64,000 bases of DNA, taken from Acidobacteriota bacterium (GTDB lineage Bacteria; Acidobacteriota; CAIWXX01). Each line of letters begins with the position of its first letter. Position 1 is the stretch's first letter. Positions 28,861-37,722 of the stretch are shown here, one piece after another. Where the stretch lies: the NCBI GenBank assembly GCA_040755995.1, contig JBFMAF010000020.1, positions 128,001 to 192,000 on the forward strand. The letters are read 5' to 3'. A program made the position numbers and the translations under genes. The notes under the pieces were generated by a model. The model was given only the letters and a program-made list of their open reading frames with translations. It searched no databases and was not told the origin of the DNA.

Positions 28861-30570
28861 ATGAGCATGAGAAGCAAGTGCGCTGTTTTCGCCTGGGCTG
28901 TCCTACTTGCCGTCACGCCGTGCTTCGCTGAACAGGCCGAACTTGTTCTGATCAACGGCCGGATCGCGACTGTCGACAAGGCCAATCGCATCGCGCAGGC
29001 CGTCGCGATCAAGGGCGACAGAATCCTGGCGGTGGGTTCCGGCGAAGAGATCCGTGCGTACATCGCGGCCGGCACGAAGGTCGTGGACCTTCGGGGCGCC
29101 TTCGCCATGCCGGGCTTCATCGAATCGCACGGCCACCTGCTGTCGCTCGGCCGCTCCAAGATGCAGCTCGACCTCACCCGCGCCCGGTCGTGGGACGACA
29201 TAGTCGCGATGGTGGCCGAGGCTGCCAGGGAGGCCCGGCCCGGCCAGTGGATCGGCGGCCGCGGCTGGCACCAAGACAAGTGGGATAATGTGCCAGAACC
29301 GAATGTCCAGGGGCTGCCGTTGCACGACAAGCTGAGCTCCGCGGCCCCGCGGAACCCTGTCATCCTCGTGCACGCCAGCGGCCACTCGTGCCTCGCCAAC
29401 GCGAAGGCCATGGAGCTGGCCGGCGTGAACAAGGACACCAAGTCCCCGGGCGGCGGGGAGATCGTCAAGGATGCATCCGGCATTCCGATCGGCGCCTTTC
29501 TCGAGAATGCGCAGGACTTGATCTACGATGCGCTGAACAAGCACGAGATGATGATGCCGGCCGCTGAACGCGCCGCGCTCGAGGAGAAGGCCCTGGATCT
29601 GGCGCAGGCGGACTGCCTCGCCAAAGGCGTGACCTCGTTCGGCGATGCCGGCGTCTCGTTCGGGACGGTTGACATGTACAAGCGGCGTGCCGAAGCCCAC
29701 ACTCTCGGAGTGCGTATCTACGCCATGGTGAGCGAGAACAATGACTCTCTTGAGAAGCGGCTGAGCCAGTACAAGTGCGTCGGGCTCGGAGACAACTTCC
29801 TGACCGTGAGGGCCGTGAAGCGGCTGATCGACGGCGCGCTGGGCGCGCGCGGAGCATGGCTGCTCGCCCCGTACGCCGACCTCACATCGAGCACCGGGAT
29901 GTGCACGGAGCCGCTGCCGGAGTTGAGAAGGACAGCCGAGATCTGCATCCGCGAAGGCTTCCAGCTCTGTACGCACGCGATCGGAGATCGCGGCAATCGG
30001 GAGGCGCTCGATATCTACCAGGAGACGTTCGCCGTGCATCCCGAGAGACGCGATCTCCGCTGGCGGATCGAGCACGCGCAGCACATAGACCCGGCCGACA
30101 TCCCGCGCTTCGGCAAGCTCGGCGTCATCGCCGCCATGCAGGGCATCCACTGCACCTCCGACGCCCCGTGGGTGATCAAACGACTCGGAACGGAAAGAGC
30201 CGAGGCGGACGCCTACGCCTGGCGCAAGCTGATCGACAACGGTGCCGTCATCTGCAACGGCACGGATGTTCCGGTCGAGGACGGGAATCCGATCCCGTCG
30301 TTCTACGCGTCGGTCACGCGAAGGCTGAAGGACGGCACCACCTTCTTCGCCGCGCAGCGGATGACGCGCGAGGAAGCTCTGCGGTCGTACACGATCAACG
30401 GCGCGTTCGCGGCCTTCGAGGATACGATCAAGGGATCGATCGAACCCGGCAAGCTGGCGGACATCGTAGTGCTCTCAGGCGACCTCCTGGCTCTCCCCGA
30501 CGATGACGTCCCCAAGGTGCGGGTGCTGATGACCATCGTCGGCGGGCGCGTCGTCATCGACGCACGATAG
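28861..30570 (+). CDS. Secreted amidohydrolase (Amidohydro_3, YtcJ-like)
   Basis: GAGGAGG RBS, signal peptide; PGFIESHGH, DGALGARGA, THAIGDRG, RIEHAQ, GTDVPVE, GSIEPGKLADIVVL. Confidence 0.92.
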   Translation: MSMRSKCAVFAWAVLLAVTPCFAEQAELVLINGRIATVDKANRIAQAVAIKGDRILAVGSGEEIRAYIAAGTKVVDLRGAFAMPGFIESHGHLLSLGRSKMQLDLTRARSWDDIVAMVAEAAREARPGQWIGGRGWHQDKWDNVPEPNVQGLPLHDKLSSAAPRNPVILVHASGHSCLANAKAMELAGVNKDTKSPGGGEIVKDASGIPIGAFLENAQDLIYDALNKHEMMMPAAERAALEEKALDLAQADCLAKGVTSFGDAGVSFGTVDMYKRRAEAHTLGVRIYAMVSENNDSLEKRLSQYKCVGLGDNFLTVRAVKRLIDGALGARGAWLLAPYADLTSSTGMCTEPLPELRRTAEICIREGFQLCTHAIGDRGNREALDIYQETFAVHPERRDLRWRIEHAQHIDPADIPRFGKLGVIAAMQGIHCTSDAPWVIKRLGTERAEADAYAWRKLIDNGAVICNGTDVPVEDGNPIPSFYASVTRRLKDGTTFFAAQRMTREEALRSYTINGAFAAFEDTIKGSIEPGKLADIVVLSGDLLALPDDDVPKVRVLMTIVGGRVVIDAR

Positions 30571-30590
30571 GCGCGCCGGCGCGTTCTTGT

Positions 30591-30757
30591 GCCGCCCCTG
30601 CGGGGCTCGCCGATCTTGTGCACATCGTAACCCAGGGCTGAAGCCCTGGGCTATCGTTCTTTCGCCCCTCGGGGGCTCCCGGAGAGGCGGACAATGTTAC
30701 TGAGCTAGGCGCAGGGGTGACGCCCGGGGCTACGGTTCTTTCGCCCCTTCGGGGCTC
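30591..30757. repeat. Cluster of short GC-rich REP-like palindromes
   Basis: gcccctgcggggc, cccagggctgaagccctggg, gcccctcgggggc and gccccttcggggc hairpins between convergent genes. Confidence 0.75.
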
Positions 30758-30789
30758 CGGGAGGGAATGTACCAGGTCCGGGGGACGGC

Positions 30790-31170
30790 TCAGGCAAAGA
30801 GGGCGCCGTGTTCGGCGAGGAGCTCGCGAAGCAACGACCGGTGGCACTTGGTCTCGTCGGCACAGTAGCATCCCACCGAGAAGTTGGTTTGCTTCGAGAG
30901 CGCCGCGAGGAAGTCGAGCAGGTGGCTTCTTTCCTTCATCTCGATGCGGTATCGCCGGGCGAATGCGCGCCAGCTCCGGTCATCGTCGGCCGCATGTGCG
31001 GATTTCAGAAGCGCTTCGCTGGGCGCGAGCTCCGGCAGCCAGGCGTCGTAGAAGTTGCGCGACGCGAACTCGGCCTTTGGAACGCCGCGCGGCGGCCGCC
31101 GCACGGTTCCGATGCGGAGCCCCTCTGCTTCCAGGCGCGGGCTCCCCAGGCGGACTACGTGAATCGCCAT
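30790..31170 (-). CDS. DUF488 family protein
   Basis: GLRIGTVRRPPRGVPK, WLPELAPS, RRYRIEM, GCYCADETKCHRSLL. Confidence 0.85.
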   Translation of the reverse strand: MAIHVVRLGSPRLEAEGLRIGTVRRPPRGVPKAEFASRNFYDAWLPELAPSEALLKSAHAADDDRSWRAFARRYRIEMKERSHLLDFLAALSKQTNFSVGCYCADETKCHRSLLRELLAEHGALFA

Positions 31171-31182
31171 CTTGTCCCCCCC

Positions 31183-31665
31183 TCAGGCTTCCAGTATCAG
31201 GCAGGTAGCTGTGGCGTACGCGTAGAGGCGCCCCTGGGCGTCTTCCATCCGCGCTTCGGTCAGCGCCGTGCGCTTGCCGCGATGCAGCACCTTGCCCACT
31301 GCGCGCAGGACGCCGGTGTCCGGCTGCACAGGGCGCACCAGGTTCACCTTCAACTCGATCGTCGTATAGCCCACGCCCTTTGGCAGCAGCGTATGGAGCG
31401 CCACGCCGAGCGGCGCGTCGAGCACTGCTGCATACCAGCCGCCGTGCACGCTGCCGATCGGGTTGTACGCCCACGGGCCGGCCTCGGTCTCGAACACGGC
31501 CATCCCCTCGGCAACTTCCACCAGGCCGAAACCCAGCGTGACGCCGATCGGCACACGGCGCCGCTCGGCGATGAGCCGGCGGTTGTACTCGATGCCCGGC
31601 AGATGGCGCGCTTCGCGCCCCAGCTCGATCGGGTCGTCCCAGGTGGTCGTGCGACTGTTCTCCAC
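31183..31665 (-). CDS. PaaI-family thioesterase (hotdog fold)
   Basis: YNPIGSVHGGW.AAVLD, TTIELKVNLVRP, GKVLHRGKRTA, YAYATATC. Confidence 0.9.
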   Translation of the reverse strand: MENSRTTTWDDPIELGREARHLPGIEYNRRLIAERRRVPIGVTLGFGLVEVAEGMAVFETEAGPWAYNPIGSVHGGWYAAVLDAPLGVALHTLLPKGVGYTTIELKVNLVRPVQPDTGVLRAVGKVLHRGKRTALTEARMEDAQGRLYAYATATCLILEA

Positions 31666-31759
31666 TGTGCTCTCTCCCCTTGCTCGATCAGCCGGAAGCC
31701 TATCAGGCCCTCTTCACGGGCGCAACCGCGCTGCGGCGGGTTGTAGGAGTCTCTCGAGT

Positions 31760-31787
31760 GTGCTACGATTCTAGAGAATGGTAGCAC
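31760..31787. promoter_or_regulatory. Putative NikR operator
   Basis: Perfect palindrome GTGCTAC-N14-GTAGCAC about 30 nt upstream of the ECF metal-transporter start codon. Confidence 0.7.
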
Positions 31788-31816
31788 GAGATCGTCGACT
31801 CGAGGACTAGAAGCCG

Positions 31817-32848
31817 ATGCACATGGCGGATGCGCTGCTGTCGCCGGCCGTGGGCGGCGCGATGTGGGCTGCTGCTGCCGGCGTCATGGCCTACAGCGCG
31901 CGCAAGGTGAAGCGCACGTTCGACGACCGCCGCGTTCCGCTCATGGGCGTTCTGGGTGCTTTCGTATTCTCAGCTCAGATGATCAACTTCTCGATTCCGG
32001 GCACGGGTTCGAGCGGGCATCTGGGTGGAGGCATGATCCTGAGCATTCTGCTGGGACCGAGTGCTGCCTTCGTCGTCATGGCATCTGTGCTTGCGGTGCA
32101 GGCGCTGCTGTTCGCCGACGGCGGGCTCTTGGCGCTGGGCTGCAACATCTTCAATCTCGGCTTCATTCCGGCGTTCGTCGCCTATCCGCTGGTTTATCGC
32201 CCTCTTGCCGGCAGCGCCGGCTACGGCACCCGCCGGGCGATTGCCGCCGTCCTGGCGTCAGTCGTGGCTTTGCAGCTGGGTGCCTTCTGCGTAGTGCTCG
32301 AGACCACGCTTTCCGGCGTTTCCGAGATCCCGTTCGTGGCCTTCTTGCTGTTGATGCAGTCGATCCACCTGGCGATCGGGCTGGTGGAGGGAGTGGCGAC
32401 TGCGGGTGTCATAGGATTCATCGCGAGGGCCCGGCCGGAGCTGCTGTCGCAGGATCGGGCGCGGGCGGCCGCCTCGCGACCCATCCTCGCAACGTTGGTC
32501 GTGATCGCGATCGTATCGGGCGGCGCCTTGTGCTGGCTAGCGTCATCCAGGCCCGATGGGCTCGAATGGTCCATCGCGCGAGCCACGGGAAAGGAAGAGA
32601 TCGCCGGCGCCCGCGGCAGCGTTCATCGATGGATCGAGTGGGCGCAGAAGAAGGTCGCGCTCCTGCCCGGCTATGGGTTCCGGCCCGAGGCGGGGGCGGC
32701 GCAGTCACAAGATGATGACGCGGCACGAGGGGGCGCTGTCGGCGTCGATCCAGGAACGCCTGTGTCCGGGCTCGTGGGCGGCCTCGTCGTGCTCGCACTC
32801 GCCGCCCTGATCGGCTGGCTGCTGAAGCCGCGACGCACTGCGGCATGA
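31817..32848 (+). CDS. nikMN: ECF Ni/Co transporter S-component NikM/CbiM fused to PDGLE (NikN) domain
   Basis: N-terminal MHMADALL metal-binding motif, GSSGHLGGG, QALLFADGG, HLAIGLVEG, RPDGLEW. Confidence 0.9.
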   Translation: MHMADALLSPAVGGAMWAAAAGVMAYSARKVKRTFDDRRVPLMGVLGAFVFSAQMINFSIPGTGSSGHLGGGMILSILLGPSAAFVVMASVLAVQALLFADGGLLALGCNIFNLGFIPAFVAYPLVYRPLAGSAGYGTRRAIAAVLASVVALQLGAFCVVLETTLSGVSEIPFVAFLLLMQSIHLAIGLVEGVATAGVIGFIARARPELLSQDRARAAASRPILATLVVIAIVSGGALCWLASSRPDGLEWSIARATGKEEIAGARGSVHRWIEWAQKKVALLPGYGFRPEAGAAQSQDDDAARGGAVGVDPGTPVSGLVGGLVVLALAALIGWLLKPRRTAA

Positions 32849-33669
32849 CGCCGCCCGGCGGCACGCGCATGGCTCTCGGCGACTATGTCGAAATCGGGCG
32901 CATGGATGAGCTCGGGCGCCTGGACACCCCTGTCCACCGCCTCGACGCTCGTTCGAAGGCGATCGCCACTGTGGCCTTCATTGTGGTCGTGATGTCGTAC
33001 CACCGGTACGAGATCTCAGCGCTCCTCCCTCTCTCTCTCTACCCGCTCGTCCTGATCACGATCGGCGGTCTGCCGCCCGGCTACCTGTTCAAGAAAGTGA
33101 TCATCGCGGCTCCGTTTGCGCTGCTGGTCGGCGTTTTCAATCCGCTGCTTGACCGGCAGACGCAAGCCAGCATCTGGGGATACTCGATTTCGGGCGGGTG
33201 GCTGTCATTCGGCTCGATCATGATCCGTTTCGTGTTAACGGTCACCGCGGCGCTCGCGCTCGTCGGCTGCACGGGCATTCACCGGCTCTGCGCCGGCCTC
33301 GAACGCCTCGGCCTCCCTCGAGTTCTTGCCGTCCAGCTCCTGCTTCTCTACCGCTACATCTTCGTCATCGCAGAGGACGGGCTGAGGATGCTGCGGAGCG
33401 TCCACATGAGATCCACTGGCACGCGCTCGCCCGGCCTCCGCACCTACGCCTCCCTCATCGGACACCTGCTCTTGCGGTCACTCGGTCGCGCCCACCGGAT
33501 CTACCAGGCCATGATCGCGCGCGGCTTCGACGGCGAGATCCGCGTCCTGAGGCCGGGGCGGTGGGGATGGTCCGAAGTCGTATTCACGACAGGCTGGCTC
33601 GCGTTCTTCGCGGTCGCCCGGGCGTGGAACCTCGCAGAGGCGCTCGGCCGGCTGCTCACTAGGACATGA
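32845..33669 (+). CDS. nikQ: ECF transporter T-component NikQ/CbiQ
   Basis: PVHRLDARSK, LYRYIFV, RIYQAMIARGFDG. Confidence 0.9.
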   Translation: MTPPGGTRMALGDYVEIGRMDELGRLDTPVHRLDARSKAIATVAFIVVVMSYHRYEISALLPLSLYPLVLITIGGLPPGYLFKKVIIAAPFALLVGVFNPLLDRQTQASIWGYSISGGWLSFGSIMIRFVLTVTAALALVGCTGIHRLCAGLERLGLPRVLAVQLLLLYRYIFVIAEDGLRMLRSVHMRSTGTRSPGLRTYASLIGHLLLRSLGRAHRIYQAMIARGFDGEIRVLRPGRWGWSEVVFTTGWLAFFAVARAWNLAEALGRLLTRT

Positions 33670-34418
33670 CGATGAGCCATCATATCGTAGCGGTCCGCGA
33701 TCTGTGCTTCGCTTACCCGGATGGGACACAGGCGCTGAAGGGGATTTCTTTCGAGATCAGGCACGGCGGTGCCGTGGCTCTGATTGGCGCCAACGGTGCC
33801 GGCAAGTCTACGCTCCTGCTGCACCTCAACGGTTATCTGACGCCGTCCTCCGGAGAAGTGCGCATCGGCGAGACGCCGCTCACCCGGCAGACCGCGGCGC
33901 TTGCCCGGCGAGCGGTCGGGATGGTCTTCCAGGACCCGGACGACCAGCTGTTCATGCCGACAGTTTTCGATGATGTCGCATTCGGCCCGCTGAATCTCGG
34001 GCTGGCGCGGGAGGAAGTGGAGAGACGCGTCGGCCGGGCGCTCGATCGGGTCGGGATGCCTCATCTGCGCAACCGGCCGCCTTACAAGCTCTCTGCGGGG
34101 GAAAAGCGCGCCGTCGCCATCGCCACGGTCCTGTCGATGGAACCGGACATACTGGTCATGGACGAGCCTTCGACTCACCTGGACCCGCGCGGCCGGCGGC
34201 GGGTGATCGAACTGCTGAAGTCTTTCGAGCACACGAAGATCATCGCCACTCACGACCTGGAGCTCGTCGTGGAAGTCTGCCCGCGGGTCATCGTGCTGGA
34301 TGGAGGCCGTGCGGTGGCCGAGGGTGCCACCAGCGAGATCCTGGACGACGAGCCGCTGATGCTCGCCCACGGCCTCGAACGCCCGCACATCCTGCGGCAC
34401 CAGCACCCGCACATTTGA
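33666..34418 (+). CDS. nikO: ECF transporter ATPase NikO/CbiO
   Basis: GANGAGKST, FQDPDDQLF, LSAGEK, MDEP, ATHD. Confidence 0.92.
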   Translation: MTMSHHIVAVRDLCFAYPDGTQALKGISFEIRHGGAVALIGANGAGKSTLLLHLNGYLTPSSGEVRIGETPLTRQTAALARRAVGMVFQDPDDQLFMPTVFDDVAFGPLNLGLAREEVERRVGRALDRVGMPHLRNRPPYKLSAGEKRAVAIATVLSMEPDILVMDEPSTHLDPRGRRRVIELLKSFEHTKIIATHDLELVVEVCPRVIVLDGGRAVAEGATSEILDDEPLMLAHGLERPHILRHQHPHI

Positions 34419-34527
34419 CGCATCGACCGGCTCGGCCCGCCGGACTACGGGAACACATTGCATATGGCAACAGACTCCGACAATGTGCGAGAATAGGGCG
34501 CGGGCAGTAATAATTGAGGAGGCGCTC

Positions 34528-36069
34528 ATGCCGAAGGTCGAAGGTCCACCACCCCCACCACCACCGCCGCCCCCGCCGTCCGGCACCCCCACTGAGGGGG
34601 GAGGCACGTATACCGTGAGGAGGGGCGATACGATGACCGGGATCGCCCGGCAGCATCAGGTACCGCTCAATGACCTGATCCAGGCAAATCCGCAGATCCA
34701 GAACCCCGACCGCATCTTCCCGGGCCAGGAGCTGAGCATCCCCGCCAGACAGCAGCCGGCCGTGCAGGCACCGCCTGTTGATCGATTCGAGCCCTCTCAG
34801 CCGAATGTCTTCGGGCAGCTCGTACAGCCCCAGCTGACACCGGTTCAGGTCGACCAGAATACGCGCGCGTCGACGGTAGCCGACCTCGACCAGGCCATGA
34901 CCCGCACCGGTCAGGGTATGAACGCGACCGAGCGCCAGGCGCTCGAACGCCACCTCAACGGCCTCAGCGGTCCGGCGCTCCAGAACGAGACGCAGTTCCT
35001 TCGCGATCACGTCGTGAACTCGCCCAACGCCGACCGAGCGGCCCGGACGTATCTCGAGCTCCGCGACATGCAGAGCGCCAACCCGAGCCGGATCAACAAC
35101 GACGTCGTGCACACGCTGACGCGCGGTGTTGCGGATCGCCGCACTGACGCCGCGGCCGGTCAGGAAGGCCTCATGGGCCGGCAGCAGGCGATCGACGCGG
35201 CCACGGCGCTTACTCGAATGCCGCAGTCCGAGTACAACCGTGTCACGCAGATGCTCAACGGCGCCGGACAGCGCGGGGGGAGTCCGATACCGGGAGCCGA
35301 TGCGCAGACGGAGCGCGCGCTGATTCTGGAGTCGGTCGCGGCGCGCCGCGATCAGCTCTCGAATCCGCCCGTTTGGGACCGGATCCGCAATGCGGTGGGC
35401 CAGCCGTCGCGAGCGATGAGCGATATCCAGACTTACGCCGACCAGATCCGAGGCACGCCGCGCAATGAGCTGATACAGAATTCGACCGTGCTCGATCTCA
35501 ACGGCGACGCCGCTGCCGAAGCGCTGCAGCAGAGGTTCAGCCATTCTTGCGCTCCGACTACCGCTCAGATAGCACGGGCCGAAGTCGATCCGATTTACGC
35601 GAGGCAACTTCACCAGGAAGCTATCCATTCGACGGCGATGGATACGGCCATCGGCCGCGAGCAGCGGGCGTCGCTTGAAGAGCACGGCGGCGTCGCCGTA
35701 GCTCGTGACGCAGCCGGCGGACGCGGGGTGAACACTGCGCTGCCGCTCAACGATCTCGCCGCACCGTACACCAATCGCACGTACACGCGGAATGAGCTTG
35801 CCGACACGCCCGATGCCCGCCAGCAGGCGCTTGATCGTGCCGATGCCCTGCTTCGTCGCGGGGTCGACGTGCCGGTCGCCGTGGCGTGGGATGGTGGAGG
35901 CGGCCATGCGCAGATACTCACCGACGTACGCGGCTCCGGCAACAACCGGGAGTACCTCCTGACCGACCCGTACAACGGCGAGACGCGCTGGCTGCGCCAC
36001 CAGGACATCGTGAACGGGCACACCAATTTCGCATGCGGCACCGGCCGGCTGCGCGCCACGTTCGAGTGA
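34528..36069 (+). CDS. LysM-domain protein with Pro-rich N-terminus and C-terminal papain-like (C39-like) peptidase domain
   Basis: GAGGAGG RBS; poly-Pro; LysM YTVRRGDTMTGIA...ANPQIQNPDRIFPGQELSIP; C-terminal LQQRFSHSCAPTT...GGGHAQIL...LTDPYNG (Q/C/H/D). No Sec signal peptide. Confidence 0.8.
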   Translation: MPKVEGPPPPPPPPPPPSGTPTEGGGTYTVRRGDTMTGIARQHQVPLNDLIQANPQIQNPDRIFPGQELSIPARQQPAVQAPPVDRFEPSQPNVFGQLVQPQLTPVQVDQNTRASTVADLDQAMTRTGQGMNATERQALERHLNGLSGPALQNETQFLRDHVVNSPNADRAARTYLELRDMQSANPSRINNDVVHTLTRGVADRRTDAAAGQEGLMGRQQAIDAATALTRMPQSEYNRVTQMLNGAGQRGGSPIPGADAQTERALILESVAARRDQLSNPPVWDRIRNAVGQPSRAMSDIQTYADQIRGTPRNELIQNSTVLDLNGDAAAEALQQRFSHSCAPTTAQIARAEVDPIYARQLHQEAIHSTAMDTAIGREQRASLEEHGGVAVARDAAGGRGVNTALPLNDLAAPYTNRTYTRNELADTPDARQQALDRADALLRRGVDVPVAVAWDGGGGHAQILTDVRGSGNNREYLLTDPYNGETRWLRHQDIVNGHTNFACGTGRLRATFE

Positions 36070-36071
36070 GG

Positions 36072-36599
36072 ATGAACCGCACGTGCCGAAGAGCGCGCGG
36101 CCTCATCGTGACGACTGTGCTGGTCGCGGCCGGGTGTCTTTCGGGCACTGCTGAGAGGGGTGAACGAATGAAGCTGCCATTTGAACCCGACGCCAAACGG
36201 TGTCATGAGGATCTGAAGCAAACGAATGCCGCCTACCAGCAGGGGTTCGCGGCGCTGCGCGCGCTGGCGGATTCCGACAGCCCGTTCGACGAGCGCCTCC
36301 ACCGGTTCATGAAATCGCACGAGGCGACGCTGGCGGCGGCGCAGACGCAGCCGCAGCGCCAGACGTGGGTCGAAGAGGATGTTTACTTGTGCTGCGTTTG
36401 GGACCTTCTCCAGTCCATGTTTGCTGCCGAGGCTCAATCGATTGCCGGCAGCTCCCGCACGGTGGCGGAGAAGAGAGGCGCGCTCGACGAGCTCTCGAAA
36501 CGAGTCGACAAGCTTCCGTTCGGAAGCCCGCTCTGGAGAGACGGACCGCGCGCGAGGATCCAGAAACGGTTGGCGGACGCCCGCGACGCGCTGTCGTGA
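36072..36599 (+). CDS. Putative helical lipoprotein (candidate immunity or partner protein)
   Basis: Basic N-terminus, hydrophobic stretch and VAAGC lipobox-like motif; starts 2 nt after the LysM gene stop. Confidence 0.55.
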   Translation: MNRTCRRARGLIVTTVLVAAGCLSGTAERGERMKLPFEPDAKRCHEDLKQTNAAYQQGFAALRALADSDSPFDERLHRFMKSHEATLAAAQTQPQRQTWVEEDVYLCCVWDLLQSMFAAEAQSIAGSSRTVAEKRGALDELSKRVDKLPFGSPLWRDGPRARIQKRLADARDALS

Positions 36600-36624
36600 G
36601 TCCGCCGGATGAGGAGAATCTGAT

Positions 36625-37062
36625 ATGGAACTCAAGGAGCTGCTGGCGATACAACCGAGGGACTATCTGAAGGACGGGCTGCTCGGCCCGACAGGCGAGA
36701 TCCGCGACCGGGTCAACGGCTACTACTCGCTGGCGATGGCGTACAGGTGCCGCGAGGAGGGCCTCACGCCCGACGTGCTGAAGCGGATCGTGACGCGGCT
36801 GGAGGATGTGGCGAAGGGGCACGAGAAGGAGCTCGACGACAAGGGGCGCCCATCGCTCGACCAGCCGGCGCGCTCTGCGTTGCAGAGCGTCCAGGCGATG
36901 CCGGAGGTCAAGCAGTCAGCGACCTGCGCAGCGATCTTCCAGGCGGCGATGCCGCACTTGACCGAGTGGAAGAGCTACGCGGCGTTCGCTCTGCACGTCG
37001 ACCGGATCATGGCGCAGCTGGCGCTGATCGTCGCGGCCAAGGCCATGGGGGAGCAATCGTAG
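36625..37062 (+). CDS. Stand-alone Csm2 (Cas11, type III-A small subunit)-like helical protein
   Basis: GAGGAG RBS; YLKDGLL..TGEIR...GLTPDVLKRI...AAIFQAAM..LTEWKSYAAFALHVDRIMA resembles the Csm2 layout by eye. ORF confident, family assignment tentative. Confidence 0.55.
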   Translation: MELKELLAIQPRDYLKDGLLGPTGEIRDRVNGYYSLAMAYRCREEGLTPDVLKRIVTRLEDVAKGHEKELDDKGRPSLDQPARSALQSVQAMPEVKQSATCAAIFQAAMPHLTEWKSYAAFALHVDRIMAQLALIVAAKAMGEQS

Positions 37063-37380
37063 CGACGATTCGACGGAGGGCCGGGGACCGTGTGATGGCG
37101 AGGTTGTCTGTCTACTCGCGCTGCTGACTAGTTTCGTGAAAGGCTGACAGCGGCTAGCGCGACCTTCGCGCGTAGTTCCGGATGGCCTTGTCGGTGCGTC
37201 CTTCGAGGGCGTGTGGGGCGATCCGGCCGCACTCGCCGGTCCCGTTCTGTGGGGCGCACAGAGACAGGCACTTCTGGCTCCTGTTTCTGCTCTTCACGCA
37301 GCCTGATGGTCTCCCGGCCAGTCTGATTTGTCGGCGCTGTTTCATCGATCCCTCCTCCAAGAGACTGACTATATCAGATC
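36881..37380 (+). repeat. Direct repeat A, copy 1 (3' of Csm2-like gene + small Cys-rich gene + promoter)
   Basis: Colinear, diverged copy at 42757-43253 (tgcagagcgt.caggcgatgccgga ... ctgactatatcagatc). Confidence 0.92.
37154..37345 (-). CDS. 63-aa basic Cys-rich small protein, copy 1
   Basis: Extended -10 TGaTATAGT (37368-37376) and GGAGGAGG RBS; C16/C26/C30/C39/H45; intact second copy at 43027-43218. Confidence 0.7.
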   Translation of the reverse strand: MKQRRQIRLAGRPSGCVKSRNRSQKCLSLCAPQNGTGECGRIAPHALEGRTDKAIRNYARRSR

Positions 37381-37408
37381 ACCAACCCTGGTGATTTGGG
37401 CAGGAGCT

Positions 37409-37658
37409 CTAATCGCGGAATCCGCGCATGTCGCGGACACCGGAGGTGATTCGCGCAATGTCGATCTCGGCGCCGTCGCCGATGCCGTGCACTGTGAACT
37501 GTTTCGAGGGCAGCTCCAGGACGCCGAAGGTGGAGCTGGTATGGACCGATTCGCGTGGCGGAACATCGCGGAGGATGCTCCCGGGGTTCACGATCAGCCC
37601 CTCGCCCATCGCACGAAGGGCGAAGGGTACATGTCTGTGTCCCACGATGAGCACAGCG
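37409..37658 (-). pseudogene. Metallophosphoesterase (YfcE-like) 3' fragment; direct repeat B, copy 1
   Basis: VLIVGHRHVPF...LIVNPGS...TFGVLEL is the C-terminal GHxH/NPGS part only; copy at 41514-41763. Confidence 0.7.
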
Positions 37659-37722
37659 GCACGACGGGAGTTTAGGATGCCGGGCGTCCGCAATGATAGA
37701 CTCCTCTAGTCGGGAGGTCGTC

